The notes: generated by a model from the sequence alone, not told the origin. A DNA stretch of 64,000 bases from Ignavibacteria bacterium (GCA_016720145.1 JADJXV010000007.1:103426-167425), one strand, 5' to 3'. Shown: positions 34,913-46,265, counted from the first letter of the stretch. Translations and numbers: made by a program.

Positions 34913-37900
34913 TTATTTTTCAATAATCACCGGCAGCACACTCACGCTTGTACCAGTACGCATCACCACATAATACGCGCCTCCGGAAATACCGTTAAGT
35001 TCTAATTGTACTGAATGGTTACCGGAGAGTAGTGGTCCGTTGTAGATTTCCCGAGTCAGCATCCCGAGCGAGGAATACACAGCGAGCGAAGTATGGTCTT
35101 CGCTGACCGTTTCGAATTCTAATTCTAAAACTTCACTTGTCGAGGCACGTTGCAAAAGAGTCACATTCCCGCCAATACGGACGCGGCGGCTGTCTAAAGC
35201 GCAATCACCTGAGAGGGTAAACGTGCCGGCTGCGCCAAGAATAATGGTAGGTTTTTTATTCGCTGTCGGCAGCACAGAACGTGAAATATTTGGATTGCTG
35301 ACGGTGAGCGGTGTCGTGAGTTCGTCACCAAGAAGAGCTTCACATTCGAGCTCGGCGAATGCTCCTGGCTGAATAAATTGGGTCGCAGCCACACCATCAG
35401 GATGAGAGACGGTAATCGTTGTTTGTCCGGGAGTTACGTCGGCATAGCTTGCCGTAAAACCTGTCTGCGCTGCGCCTACACGTACTGCGCGAGGCATTAA
35501 AAGTCGTGGATTGTAGGTCACGTCAATTGCAAAACGGAAGATTCTCGAAAGCTGTATATCGGTTGAAGATATCGTGAGCGGTAATGTCACTCGTTCACCC
35601 ACATTCGCAGTACCACTGCCGATTTGGATAGTCGCTGTGGTGGGAATGGTATCAGCCGGAGGTGGAGGAGCATTCACCTTGCCAAGTCCAAGTAGTGTAA
35701 TCACAGAATTTGTATCGCACGGTCGGTCTATGATAAATTTCATGAGTACGGAGTCTCGCGAGGCAGTTAGAGGAGCATACCGAATCGTCACATCCATTGT
35801 TTCATTGGTCTTGAGAATTGCTGGCAAAGTCGCCGTCATCGACACAACAGAGAATGGTGGCGTCACTCCATCTATACGTTTGATTTGCAAATCAGAAGTA
35901 CCCGTATTTCGTATCGTCACGACTTTGTCTGATGTCAAGCCGGAATCAATCGTTGCGAAGTCGGTCGGATTGGTATTTGCCGTAAATAATGTTGAAAGTC
36001 GGCGTCCGCGAACAGGAATTGCACGCTGTTCTCCGCATGGCTCAAATACCACAAAGACGGTATCTCGGAAGTCACCAATGGCAGACGGAGCGAACTGAAG
36101 TTCAATAATATCACCGTCTTTCACCGCATCGCCTTCTTTTAGCGAAGTAAAGGAAAACGGAGGATTTGCAATTATTTTAGATACTTTTTCCGCGCCTGTG
36201 GCACCTGTGATAGTGAGCCGCACCGTTTGCTTGAATTGAATTGCACTACAGTAGCTCATATCGCCAAAGTTCAGATTGCGTTCTTCACTGAATTTGAATG
36301 TCGTACCTTGTTTCGAACCCGATATTTTGAGTATCACCGTTGCGTTACATTTATCGGCAATTATCGGGATCGACAAAGCGGTAACTGCACCAAATGACTG
36401 GGGTTGGAAACGTACACGGAGTTGTGCTGTTTGCTTAGGCGGGATCGTCACAGGCAGTCCGATAAACACAACATTCGGGTCGGTGGGTTGGGTGGTAATC
36501 TTCAGAGTATCCGAACCAGGATTCGTGAGGGTAATCACCGTATCTCGTGGCGGGTCACATGCTTGTATGAGCGGGAAGGTAATATCGGTAATATCGGCGC
36601 TGAAGCTTGGTGTGACGACAATTCCCTGAAGGTTGGCAATTAATGAATCGGTGCAAACTCCGAATTTGTAATCAACAATTAGAATTGAAAAATACGAACC
36701 TGCACTAGGAGGATTGAACGTAATACCAATCATAGCAGAGTCACCCGGCTTGACAATCTTCGGCAAATTAATATTATTGAGTAGATTATATCCCGTTGAA
36801 TTACCGAGTCGTCTTCCCGTAATTTCAAGATCACTATTTCCTCTATTATATACCCAGATATTTGTATCACGACCGGTATTTTCACAAGAGAGTATTCTGC
36901 CAAAGTCAAATGATGTGACTCCAAGAACTACTTTCGTAACATCTTTCGATCCCTTGAGTTGAATTGTTTGTTTTACTCCGCAGGGCGAGGCGACAAACGT
37001 AGCTGTTCCTGAAGATGTACCGGATATTTGTGGCGTGAATTGAAAAGTTAAGGTCTGAGATTGACCCTTTTGGAGTGTAATTGGCAAGCTTGGCGAAACA
37101 TATCCAAATCCGGGAGTAGCTGATATATTATCAATGGTAATTGATTCATTGCTAGTATTGGTGAGGATAATCGGTTGTGTTGCACTTGACTGACAGTCAT
37201 TGAGCTTACCGAAGTCGATGTCAGGTTTATTGAATGAATACGTAACTACTCGTTGTGTAAGTGTGGTAATTTGAGAAGTATCAGCGCATCCGTCAGCATT
37301 TTTAACAATCACGCGATACGCGCCTGCCGATGATGCGCGGTGGATTTGCCCCGTTTGCGCGGTGATTGTCACACCGTCTTTGATCCATTCATAGCTTGTG
37401 GCAGGGTCTGAGGTGAGACTCACCGTGTCGCCTGAGCAGAGAAAGAGCGAACCTGCTGTAATCACAGCAGTTGGCTTAGCGAGAATAATTACTTCTTTTG
37501 GGTCAGACTCGGTCGTGCAATTGACAGCATTGGTGGCGCGGACACGGTATTGTCCTGCCGTGGAAGCGATGATAGAATTCGTTGTAGCACCGGGAATATC
37601 GGCACCATTTCGTGACCATTGGAAAGTAAGTCCGGCAGTTGTGGCCGTTGAGAGTGTCACATTTTTGCCGATGCAGAAGGATAAGGGTCCGGAGGCGGTA
37701 ATGTCGGGCTTGACAGGGGCAATTTTTACTGCAATTGCCGAGGCGTAGTTGGTTTCGTTGTAGGCGCGGCCACGACCATATTTCGTGTCTGTAGAAATCA
37801 CAGCATCTTCGAGATCATCTTTGGTATAACGGAATGCAAATACTCGATATTTATAATTCAGCCCACAAGTCATGGTAGGTATTGCATCATCGTACGTTGT

Positions 37901-38878
37901 AACTGTGGATGATAGATTAGCCAATACTCGCCAGTCGCCGATAGTTTCGCCTGGTGCATAGTTTTTGCCGTCTTGGGGTACTTTATTCGTATCTGATTGT
38001 GTTTCAAGGGCAAAGAGTACTAAATATCCTTGTATATTATCAGATTGGTTGGGGTCGGTCATGGCATTCCATGAGAGCTTTACGGTGTTCCCGCCTACGA
38101 CGGTCGTCGTAAGAGTAGGTGATGTCCATAGTGGCTGCCGAGTAGTACGCCAGAATTGACTGTTGAGAATATCATTGGCGGTAGCACCGAAGTTCGGAAA
38201 ACCTTTAGAAGCATTACTTGGAATCGGTGCACTTGCCAGTGTTTTTGTACCTGATCCCGAATAATCTGCAATTGTAGCACCGGGATAAACCCTGACTAAA
38301 TTTCCCGCTGAGATTGACGAAGGATGCTGGAGCTTGGGCTGCGGTAAATTATTATAATCATTACCGGTGTTTGACCCATGTGAGAGTGCATGAACATGTG
38401 TTCCTGCTTCATTGGTGATTTGAATAATATCTCTCGCTTGAGAAATACTCAACACACCTAATAATTTCCATTCTTGACCAATAATACCTAGAGAATCAAA
38501 CACGGACCAATCATTCGCTTCGACTTCTATATGTCCGTCTACATAAGATTTATTAACTATGTAGAGTGGGTTTTGCTGTAAACGGTGTTGAATGACTATC
38601 ACGGTACCAGCTCGTAAATTTCTCCACATAGGAACATCTTTGAAGCGAACACATCCATTCCAAGTATCAAAATTTGTTACATTATCCCTAAATGTATATC
38701 CAACAATTGTCAAATTATCCTTTACGACTAATATCTCTGTCCATTCACCATCGGGCACTCCGTTGAAATCGGAATATTCACTCACGACAATATCCTGCGC
38801 ACGCACCGAACTCGGCGCTACCATCACAGCCACACACAGACACATTAAAAACGTACAGAATTGTTTCATGGGGATCAC
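34913..38878 (-). CDS. Giant T9SS-secreted multidomain surface protein (N-terminal lamin-tail-like domain, FN3/Ig-like/PKD-like and choice-of-anchor-D-like repeats, C-terminal T9SS sorting domain)
   Basis: Signal peptide. The segment VVSEYSDFNGVPDGEWTEILVVKDNLTIVGYTFRDN is lamin-tail-domain-like. Ig-like repeats carry conserved Cys/Trp (SFCIGKNVTLS...FQWSRNGADIPGATTNS...YRVRATNAVNC). The C-terminus (...AYYVVMRTGTSVSVLPVIIEK) is a T9SS C-terminal domain. Confidence 0.8.
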   Translation of the reverse strand: MIPMKQFCTFLMCLCVAVMVAPSSVRAQDIVVSEYSDFNGVPDGEWTEILVVKDNLTIVGYTFRDNVTNFDTWNGCVRFKDVPMWRNLRAGTVIVIQHRLQQNPLYIVNKSYVDGHIEVEANDWSVFDSLGIIGQEWKLLGVLSISQARDIIQITNEAGTHVHALSHGSNTGNDYNNLPQPKLQHPSSISAGNLVRVYPGATIADYSGSGTKTLASAPIPSNASKGFPNFGATANDILNSQFWRTTRQPLWTSPTLTTTVVGGNTVKLSWNAMTDPNQSDNIQGYLVLFALETQSDTNKVPQDGKNYAPGETIGDWRVLANLSSTVTTYDDAIPTMTCGLNYKYRVFAFRYTKDDLEDAVISTDTKYGRGRAYNETNYASAIAVKIAPVKPDITASGPLSFCIGKNVTLSTATTAGLTFQWSRNGADIPGATTNSIIASTAGQYRVRATNAVNCTTESDPKEVIILAKPTAVITAGSLFLCSGDTVSLTSDPATSYEWIKDGVTITAQTGQIHRASSAGAYRVIVKNADGCADTSQITTLTQRVVTYSFNKPDIDFGKLNDCQSSATQPIILTNTSNESITIDNISATPGFGYVSPSLPITLQKGQSQTLTFQFTPQISGTSSGTATFVASPCGVKQTIQLKGSKDVTKVVLGVTSFDFGRILSCENTGRDTNIWVYNRGNSDLEITGRRLGNSTGYNLLNNINLPKIVKPGDSAMIGITFNPPSAGSYFSILIVDYKFGVCTDSLIANLQGIVVTPSFSADITDITFPLIQACDPPRDTVITLTNPGSDTLKITTQPTDPNVVFIGLPVTIPPKQTAQLRVRFQPQSFGAVTALSIPIIADKCNATVILKISGSKQGTTFKFSEERNLNFGDMSYCSAIQFKQTVRLTITGATGAEKVSKIIANPPFSFTSLKEGDAVKDGDIIELQFAPSAIGDFRDTVFVVFEPCGEQRAIPVRGRRLSTLFTANTNPTDFATIDSGLTSDKVVTIRNTGTSDLQIKRIDGVTPPFSVVSMTATLPAILKTNETMDVTIRYAPLTASRDSVLMKFIIDRPCDTNSVITLLGLGKVNAPPPPADTIPTTATIQIGSGTANVGERVTLPLTISSTDIQLSRIFRFAIDVTYNPRLLMPRAVRVGAAQTGFTASYADVTPGQTTITVSHPDGVAATQFIQPGAFAELECEALLGDELTTPLTVSNPNISRSVLPTANKKPTIILGAAGTFTLSGDCALDSRRVRIGGNVTLLQRASTSEVLELEFETVSEDHTSLAVYSSLGMLTREIYNGPLLSGNHSVQLELNGISGGAYYVVMRTGTSVSVLPVIIEK

Positions 38879-38903
38879 TCGGGTACAAAAAGTATTTCGG
38901 TTA

Positions 38904-38922
38904 ATAGACTGCGAAAATATCT
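38904..38922 (-). promoter_or_regulatory. Candidate -7 promoter element TATTTTCGCAGTC (minus sense), shared with the FMN-reductase gene upstream region (1283-1301)
   Basis: aatagactgcgaaaatatc and tattgactgcgaaaatacg each lie 30-45 nt upstream of a minus-strand start codon. The minus-strand sense TATTTTCG approximates TAnnTTTG. Confidence 0.3.
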
Positions 38923-38992
38923 GAACTTGGCGTATTATCCAACTTTGTTGTGCAGGTTTAATATTTTAGCATGTAGCAAGCTGTGATTAAGT

Positions 38993-39031
38993 AAAAAAAA
39001 CCTGCATTGTTTTTCCACAATGCAGGTTTAT
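38993..39031 (-). terminator. Rho-independent terminator of the M42 peptidase gene
   Basis: aaaaaaaa-cctgcattg-tttttcca-caatgcaggtt has an 11-bp stem and is followed by a T8 run on the minus strand. Confidence 0.75.
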
Positions 39032-39062
39032 CAATAGTTATTCTCCTGTTATGAGAATTCCC

Positions 39063-40130
39063 TTAAAATTGAAATTCATGGGAATGTTCGATAAATGCGC
39101 GGAGCAAGTCAATGGTCGCCTGCACGTCGTCTTTGTGAACAGACTCGACTACCGAATGCGTGTATCTGCAGGGAATTGACAGTGTACAAACGGGAGTACC
39201 GCCGCGGCTGAGTTGTATTCCACCGGCATCGGTACCACCGGCAGGGAGCACTTCCATTTGATATTTAATTCCTTTACGTTCAGCGAGTTCACGAAAAAAG
39301 CGTACTAGTCCCGGATGACAAATTGAGGACGAATCGAGTATTTTAATTCCTACACCGCCGCCCATTTTCACGCAATGATCTTTTTCATCGATGCCCGGCG
39401 TGTCGGCTGCGATGGTAATGTCAAGGGCAATTCCAATATCCGGCTGTAAACTGAACGACGCCGTTTTCGCGCCGCGAAGTCCGATTTCTTCCTGTACTGT
39501 CGCGACAGCATAGATATTATCTTGACTTTCGGTGAATGCTCGAAAGACTTCGAGCATTACATATACGCCGACGCGGTCGTCAAGTGTTTTGCCGGTATAG
39601 AAATTCCCCATTTTGATGAGTTCACGTTCCATCGTGATACAATCTCCTATACTCACTAATTCCTTCGCTTCATCGCCCGAGAGTCCAAGATCAATAAATA
39701 AGTCATTGAGTGGAATTACCTTAGCACGTTCTTCCGGTGTGGTAAAATGTGCTGCTTTGATGGCAATGACGCCGTCGATGGTGCGCGAGCCATACACTTT
39801 CACGCGTTGAGCGATGAGTGTACGAGGGTCAAATCCGCCGAGAGGATGGAAATACACAAACCCTTCTTTGGTGATATGCTTGACGACAAAGGAGATTTCG
39901 TCCATGTGGCCTGCGATCATGATTGTACGTGGAGTGGTTGACTTACCTTTGCGAAGTGCAAATAGATTTCCCATTGCATCGGTTGTAATCGATTCGGCAG
40001 AGGATGCAATTTCGGCACGAACGACTTCGCGGAATTGTTCTTCACGACCGGGAACGCCGGGTGTGGCACAGAGTGTTTTTAGGAGTTCAAATGACATTAA
40101 TTTCTCTTTTTGAATAGTGGAGGATTTCAT
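39063..40130 (-). CDS. M42-family metallopeptidase (glutamyl aminopeptidase/FrvX-like)
   Basis: ...LCATPGVPGREEQFREVV...IMIAGHMDEISFVV...HPLGGFDPR... carries metal ligands in the HxD...D...EE...D/H pattern. The alternative start at 40097 (MSFELLKTL...) is equally plausible. Confidence 0.8.
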   Translation of the reverse strand: MKSSTIQKEKLMSFELLKTLCATPGVPGREEQFREVVRAEIASSAESITTDAMGNLFALRKGKSTTPRTIMIAGHMDEISFVVKHITKEGFVYFHPLGGFDPRTLIAQRVKVYGSRTIDGVIAIKAAHFTTPEERAKVIPLNDLFIDLGLSGDEAKELVSIGDCITMERELIKMGNFYTGKTLDDRVGVYVMLEVFRAFTESQDNIYAVATVQEEIGLRGAKTASFSLQPDIGIALDITIAADTPGIDEKDHCVKMGGGVGIKILDSSSICHPGLVRFFRELAERKGIKYQMEVLPAGGTDAGGIQLSRGGTPVCTLSIPCRYTHSVVESVHKDDVQATIDLLRAFIEHSHEFQF

Positions 40131-40594
40131 TAATTGAGGCGCGAAAATACGGATTATCTAGGAGAATATTCATGATATTGAAGAAGAAAATCGAGGTATA
40201 AAAAATTCTCTTTGTTGGTAGGAAAAAGATATGTTATTTTGCCGAAAGTTATGACAGTTAGTACAATAGTCGTCCATAAAACATACTTGCTTTACGTGTG
40301 ATTTTGTCGTCATAAATTCAGAGGACTCATCAAAAGCGTTGAAAAATTCAAGGAATTTCAAAATATTTCAAAAACAATTCTACAAGTGTGGTAAGGTTGT
40401 GTTGTCCTATTTTGTCCTACGGATTCGACGTGTGATTTGTTCACATACAAATTAAGAGTTTATTCTGTAACATTCAATTATTAGAAGAGTTAGTGAGTCG
40501 CCTCCTTCAAGCTTTCGGGTTAGAGTATAATCAAGAATTTAGATAGCAAAATATTAATTTTTATTCAAGCTTCATTATTATTAAAGGTAGTTTT

Positions 40595-43500
40595 ATGTTT
40601 CGTCAATGTACAATTTTAATTGCGTTTGTATTGTTCGCATCTACTGTATCTACTTGGGCACAGTCGAGCGCGGCACTTACAACGAAGCCGAATATGCCGG
40701 TTACTTTTGTTGAGAACAAAGGTCAATGGCCTTCGCAAGTTCGTTTTTTAGGTCAAACCCGTGGAATGAATGTCTGGCTGACAGAAAAAGGTCTTACATA
40801 TGATGTTTTTTCCAAGCGTGCAGCGACCTCCGCAGAAATCAAATCAGAAAAATCCCGCCTCCGCAAAATCAGCTCCACTCTTGCTACTACTTTCAAAAGC
40901 GAAAAATCTGCACATATTACCGGTCAGGTAATTACGATGGAGCTCGTCGGTGCTAATCACTCCCAAACTATTGGAGATGGAGAGCAAAATGGATACCGTA
41001 ACTACTTTATAGGTAGCGATCCTACGGCGTGGAGATCGAATGTACCTGCTTATACCCGACTTATCTCAAAAGAGGTCTATCCTGGTGTAGATGCTATTTA
41101 TACATTCCAAGATGGAAAGCCACGCTATGATTTCATCGTCAAGCCGGGTGCGAATCCTGCTTCAATTGCTATTAGATTTAATGGTGCAAATGCAGTAAGT
41201 GTTACTGAAGATAAAGGTGTAAAGCTCTCGACCGTACTTGGTGCAGTCTATAATGGACATATTTATGCATATCAAAATCTCAATGGACGTGAAGTAAAAG
41301 TCAATTGTTCTTTTGTGAAAAATGGTGAAAATGTACAGTTTAACGTTGGAAATTATGACCGCAATCAGCCACTTGTTATCGACCCGATTGTCTATGCGTC
41401 CTATTTTGGCGGCTCGGGTAATGATGATATTACCGGTATGGCATTCGATAAAGTGGGTAATGTCGTCATTACCGGCGTCACAGACTCACCGAATTATCCG
41501 ATTAAAATTGGTTCGTACGATACATTAGCACACGGTGGCACCGATGCTTTCGCTGCAAAATTTGACCCTACGCTCACAAGATTGTTATTTTCAAGCTTCA
41601 TCGGTGGCGGTTCTGATGATAAATCGAACGGTGTTGCGGTAAATATATTTGATGACAAAATTACCATAGCCGGTGAAACTTCCTCGAGCAACATGCCGAA
41701 ACCAGGTGGATACAAACTTGACTATTCTCAAGGAATTGATGGCTTTGTTACTCGCTTCTCTGCTGATGGGAAAACATTGGACTTTTTCAGTTACCTCGGA
41801 GGAACTGGTGATGACTATGGTCTTGCAGTTGCCGTCGATAATTTAGGTAGTGCTGTTGTTGGAGGTAAAACCAAATCTTCAAACTTTTCTGGAGCAAGTG
41901 CTCAATCCTATCAGAAACTTAACGGTGGGCAATTTGATGGTTTTATTTTCAAACTTTCTACTACTGGTGGAAGTCTTGAATTCTCAACATATCTTGGTGG
42001 TGGCGGTAATGATGAAATTAACGCAGTAGCAGCTTATGGAGAGGAAACGTTTGTAGCAGGTACAACCGGCTCAGGACTACAAAAGACATTCCCTGTGCCA
42101 CCTCCGGGTAGCTGGGGAGGTCCAAGTCCCGACCCCGATCGTATAGCTTACAAGAGTGTATTTAATTCGGGTGCTTTCAGTGATGGATTTGTCGGTAGAT
42201 TTAATAAAGCAGGTGGTCTTTCTCAATGGGAAGTTGAATATCTAACTTATATCGGTGCTAACAAGAACGAAACTGTCCGTGCGATTACTGTCTTGGATGA
42301 CGGTAGCGCTGTCATAGCAGGAGAGACAAACAGTACGGATTATGTCAAAGGATTCCCATCCAGTAATACAAGCATTCAATTCAAGGGTGGTGCTACTGAT
42401 ATTTATGTATCAAAGTTATCACCAAACGGAAGATTATTAAAATCATCGATTATGTTTGGTGGCTCAGGTGCAGATTCAGTCTCTGCAATTTCATTTTCAA
42501 CCGGTACAAATGAAATCTATGTCGTTGGTAAAACCACCTCAATAGATTTCCAAATGTCTCAATTATCACCTCCACTTGCTGCAGAATTTCCAGACTTCAA
42601 AGGTCCCACAGATGCTTACGTCGCCAAGCTTCCGAGTGGCTTGGGTAATATTAATTATGCAACGTATTATGGTGGTACAGGTCAAGATGGAGCTACTGCA
42701 GTTGCTGTTTCCAAGCGCGGTGATGCCTATTTTGCCGGTACGACGTCGACCACTGATTTGATGGCTTATACCGATGAATTTCAACCTTCACTCTCCGGTG
42801 GACGTGATGGATTCATCGCTAAAGTTGCGTTCGGTTTTATATCGATTACAAGTCCTAATGGTGGTAATCTTTTCTGTCCTGATGGCAATATGAATATTCA
42901 ATGGGACAAAAGAGATGGTCTGCAATACAATGTTCCTGCGGATGTAGTAGATATCGAGCTTTCCTCCGACAATGGTCTCACTTGGTCCAAGAAAATCACA
43001 ACAAACGTTACAACTCCTTCGTATGTATGGCATATACCGAAAGATCAAGCTCCAGGAACGACATATAAAGTCCGCGTTTATCACATTGCATCCGGTATCC
43101 GTGATGAAAGCGATCAATCCTTTACGATTGGTGTTCCCGTACAAATTACCGAAAGCCCGGTAAGTGATTCAGTCTGCCCAGGCACGCGAGTTCGCTTTAA
43201 AGTAAAAGGCACAGGTGCGAATCTTACCTACCAATGGAACTTTAACGGCAACAAAATTCCAAATGCTAATAGCGACTCACTTGTTATTACTTCTGCTCAA
43301 AATGCTAACGGTGGAAATTACACCTGCGACGTAAGCGCTGGCTGCCAGCCGGCTACGAGCCAAGCAGCGACGCTTGTTGTGAAACCAAAGCCACAGGTTC
43401 AGGTTCAGCCAACAGGTGGAAAAGTAACGGAAGGCAGCGCGATCACCTTAAAAGTAGTGGCGCTCGGTAGAAATTTAACATACGAATGGAGACAAGACGG

Positions 43501-43933
43501 TTTCAAAATTGGTGGTGCTGAAGGACCTGAGTATGTAATCTCCGGTGCAAACGGCGGAAATAACGGTATGTACAAAGTAATCATTCGTGGTGAGTGCGGG
43601 ATAGATTCAAGTATTGCAGTTAAAGTAGAAGTCGTTCCAGCTTCTGTAGATGAGCCAAATCTACCGGGTGGTGTACATTTCGTACTTCGCTCGCCAATCC
43701 CGGCAAATGATAATGTACAGGCGACGATTACATCTCCTGCACTATGTCCACTTTCAGTGACCCTCAATGACAACCTCGGTCAGCCGGTAGCAAATGTCTT
43801 CAACGGCACACTTGATGCAAATGTCGCTCAGCCACTTTCAGTAAATGTCAATAATCTCTCAAGTGGAATCTACTGGCTCTCTGCTAAATGTGGTACCCAA
43901 TGGTTCGTACAAAAAGTGGAAATTATTCATTAA
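40595..43933 (+). CDS. T9SS-secreted surface protein with N-terminal FVENKGQ module, SBBP/beta-propeller-type repeats, Ig-like domains and C-terminal T9SS sorting domain
   Basis: Signal peptide. Repeated ...YFGGSGNDDITGMAFDKVGNVVITGVTDS / YLGGTGDDYGLAVAVD / YYGGTGQDGATAVAV blocks are SBBP-like. Ig-like repeats follow (...ANLTYQWNFNGNKIPNANSDSLVITSAQNANGGNYTCDVS...). The C-terminus (...IYWLSAKCGTQWFVQKVEIIH) is a T9SS C-terminal domain. Confidence 0.8.
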   Translation: MFRQCTILIAFVLFASTVSTWAQSSAALTTKPNMPVTFVENKGQWPSQVRFLGQTRGMNVWLTEKGLTYDVFSKRAATSAEIKSEKSRLRKISSTLATTFKSEKSAHITGQVITMELVGANHSQTIGDGEQNGYRNYFIGSDPTAWRSNVPAYTRLISKEVYPGVDAIYTFQDGKPRYDFIVKPGANPASIAIRFNGANAVSVTEDKGVKLSTVLGAVYNGHIYAYQNLNGREVKVNCSFVKNGENVQFNVGNYDRNQPLVIDPIVYASYFGGSGNDDITGMAFDKVGNVVITGVTDSPNYPIKIGSYDTLAHGGTDAFAAKFDPTLTRLLFSSFIGGGSDDKSNGVAVNIFDDKITIAGETSSSNMPKPGGYKLDYSQGIDGFVTRFSADGKTLDFFSYLGGTGDDYGLAVAVDNLGSAVVGGKTKSSNFSGASAQSYQKLNGGQFDGFIFKLSTTGGSLEFSTYLGGGGNDEINAVAAYGEETFVAGTTGSGLQKTFPVPPPGSWGGPSPDPDRIAYKSVFNSGAFSDGFVGRFNKAGGLSQWEVEYLTYIGANKNETVRAITVLDDGSAVIAGETNSTDYVKGFPSSNTSIQFKGGATDIYVSKLSPNGRLLKSSIMFGGSGADSVSAISFSTGTNEIYVVGKTTSIDFQMSQLSPPLAAEFPDFKGPTDAYVAKLPSGLGNINYATYYGGTGQDGATAVAVSKRGDAYFAGTTSTTDLMAYTDEFQPSLSGGRDGFIAKVAFGFISITSPNGGNLFCPDGNMNIQWDKRDGLQYNVPADVVDIELSSDNGLTWSKKITTNVTTPSYVWHIPKDQAPGTTYKVRVYHIASGIRDESDQSFTIGVPVQITESPVSDSVCPGTRVRFKVKGTGANLTYQWNFNGNKIPNANSDSLVITSAQNANGGNYTCDVSAGCQPATSQAATLVVKPKPQVQVQPTGGKVTEGSAITLKVVALGRNLTYEWRQDGFKIGGAEGPEYVISGANGGNNGMYKVIIRGECGIDSSIAVKVEVVPASVDEPNLPGGVHFVLRSPIPANDNVQATITSPALCPLSVTLNDNLGQPVANVFNGTLDANVAQPLSVNVNNLSSGIYWLSAKCGTQWFVQKVEIIH

Positions 43934-43955
43934 TTTCACGAGTTGATTCAAATAG

Positions 43956-43993
43956 AAAGCCCTGCCTGATACTCAGGCAGGGCTTTTTGTTTG
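43956..43993 (+). terminator. Rho-independent terminator
   Basis: aaagccctgcctg-atactc-aggcagggctttttgtttgg. Confidence 0.8.
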
Positions 43994-44065
43994 GGTTGAA
44001 TTTTATGCTTAGTTTTGTTCGGTAATGAATATCGTAACCTCGAAGCTCATCTCTTTTACTTCTCC

Positions 44066-46030
44066 ATGCAAATCCCCGATCATATCATCGACCAAGTTCG
44101 TCAACGTACCGATATTGTTGAAATTATCGGCGAATCGGTCGCACTGAAAAAGTCAGGTCGCAGTTTCGTCGGACTTTGCCCGTTTCACTCTGACCGTAAG
44201 CCGTCGATGAATGTGAGCCCCGATTTGCAGATATTCAAATGTTTCTCGTGCGGCAAGGGTGGGAATGTGTTCACGTTCATGACCGACTTCCACCGCCTCA
44301 CCTTCCTCGAAGCCCTCAAAGCACTCGCAGCAAAAGCCGGTATTGCTCTCCCGGACGAAGACAAGCCCCATGATGAAAGCTACAATCGGGTAGATTCTGC
44401 CTATAAAGCGCTAGCAGCGGCTTCTCAATTTTACCACGATACTCTCTCCAAATCTTCGGGGAAAATAGCTCTTCAATACTTTACCAAACGAGGCTTTACC
44501 CGAAAATTAATTGATGATTTTGCACTTGGATTCTCGCCTGAGTCGTTCACTGCGACTCTAGCCGAACTCACCAAACGTGGCTTTTCTGAATCAGTCATGA
44601 ACGACGCAGGGCTGATTCTCAAAAAAGAAGAACCAGGCAGCAAACCCTACGACCGTTTTCGCGGACGTGCAATGTTTGCGATTCACGATGTGTCCGGACG
44701 TGTCGTCGGCTTCGGCGCACGGCAAATGAAGGACGACGGTCAGGCAAAGTATATCAATTCACCTCAATCCCTTGTCTATGACAAAAGCAAGATACTGTAT
44801 GCTCTTTTTCAGGCGAAGCAGGAAATACGTTCACTGCAAGTAGCTATATTAGTTGAAGGTTATGCAGACGCACTTACTTTGCATCAGGCAGGTTTCCGTA
44901 ATACAGTCGCCTCGAGCGGTACATCCTTAACGAAAGATCAACTTCAATTACTTGCGCGATATGCCAAGAAAATGTACATTGTCTATGATGCCGATACCGC
45001 CGGAATAAATGCCGCCTCTCGTGGACTTGAGCTCGCCGTCGAGGAAGGATTTGATGTGCATATTGTGCAATTACCGGCAGGCGATGACCCCGACAGCTTT
45101 GTCAAAAAAAATGGCGCTGATTCGTTTCGTATTTATCTCCGCGATGCAAAGCCATTTTTAGACTTTAAAATTGACATCATGAAAGCCAATAATCTGCTCG
45201 AATCTCCAGTAGGTAAGGCAGAAGCAATTCGTAGCTTGGTGCAAATAATCGCCAAAGTACCTGATACTCTTCAACATGATTTTTTAATGGGTCGTGTATC
45301 CGATCGCTTAGACTTGAGCGCCTCACAACTCCGGAGAATCTACGAAGAACTCACCAACGTCCGCCGAGCAAATACTGCCAAATCATCACCAAAAATGGGA
45401 TATACTCAGCAAAACGTACAGCAGAATGTACTGCAAGCTGAATCGCAAAGTACACATCAGACTGAAAACCAGAATGTATTACCGGCTACTTCCTCACCTG
45501 TTTCGAGTGATACAGCACTAGTCACGCTTGCTGAACTTGCAATGAGCGAGAATCTCTTACCCGAGGAAAAATCTGTCCTTCGGATAGCGCTCACCGTGTC
45601 AAATGCTTTGCGATACATGGTCGAGCAGCTCAAAATTGAAGAAACACTATTTTACACCGAACCTGCTCGCCGTATCTATTCACTTGCTATAGATGCACTT
45701 AACCGAGGTTCACAGAATATATTTTCCTCCCTTGTCGCCAATGCTTCCATCAGTGAAGAGATGATGCATATCATCACGGACATAGCCATGCAACGTGAAA
45801 TGCCAAGCGAAAAGTGGTTAGATTTTAAGATTGCTGTTCCAGAGGAAAATGCCCGCCGCGTCCTTACCGACTCGCTGATGAAGATGCAAATCAAGTCAAT
45901 TGACCGCGAAAAGCAAGTAATACAATCGCAAATGAAGTCGGTATCTCAAGAGGAATCACTGCCACTCCTTCAACGATTGATACAAATTACTTCGCAGCGA
46001 AAAGAAATTTTAGAGAAAATGGGTGGTTAA
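44066..46030 (+). CDS. dnaG: DNA primase DnaG
   Basis: CHC2 zinc finger (GLCPFHSDRKPSMNVSPDLQIFKCFSCGKGGNVFTFM), RNA polymerase domain, and TOPRIM (LVEGYADALTLHQAGFRNTVASSGTSLT...MYIVYDADTAGINAA). Start at the ATG at 44066. The ORF-track TTG start at 44015 is less likely. Confidence 0.9.
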   Translation: MQIPDHIIDQVRQRTDIVEIIGESVALKKSGRSFVGLCPFHSDRKPSMNVSPDLQIFKCFSCGKGGNVFTFMTDFHRLTFLEALKALAAKAGIALPDEDKPHDESYNRVDSAYKALAAASQFYHDTLSKSSGKIALQYFTKRGFTRKLIDDFALGFSPESFTATLAELTKRGFSESVMNDAGLILKKEEPGSKPYDRFRGRAMFAIHDVSGRVVGFGARQMKDDGQAKYINSPQSLVYDKSKILYALFQAKQEIRSLQVAILVEGYADALTLHQAGFRNTVASSGTSLTKDQLQLLARYAKKMYIVYDADTAGINAASRGLELAVEEGFDVHIVQLPAGDDPDSFVKKNGADSFRIYLRDAKPFLDFKIDIMKANNLLESPVGKAEAIRSLVQIIAKVPDTLQHDFLMGRVSDRLDLSASQLRRIYEELTNVRRANTAKSSPKMGYTQQNVQQNVLQAESQSTHQTENQNVLPATSSPVSSDTALVTLAELAMSENLLPEEKSVLRIALTVSNALRYMVEQLKIEETLFYTEPARRIYSLAIDALNRGSQNIFSSLVANASISEEMMHIITDIAMQREMPSEKWLDFKIAVPEENARRVLTDSLMKMQIKSIDREKQVIQSQMKSVSQEESLPLLQRLIQITSQRKEILEKMGG

Positions 46031-46265
46031 ATGATTGGTGGTTCTGTTGCTTGCATTCCAAGCAATCGCTTGCGGGCACCCTTGCCGTCCAAGCAATCTG
46101 AAAAATGGCACGATGATACCGCTGATTTATTATGAGGAAAGATACTCTAAATCGTTAACTAGTAGCATTGACATGGTGTTCGCATCAAACTATAAGTGGA
46201 TTACTAGCTCTATAGGAGTGACCGGTTTGTAACAACGAAGTTCAATAGTATGCCCTTCGTGCCGT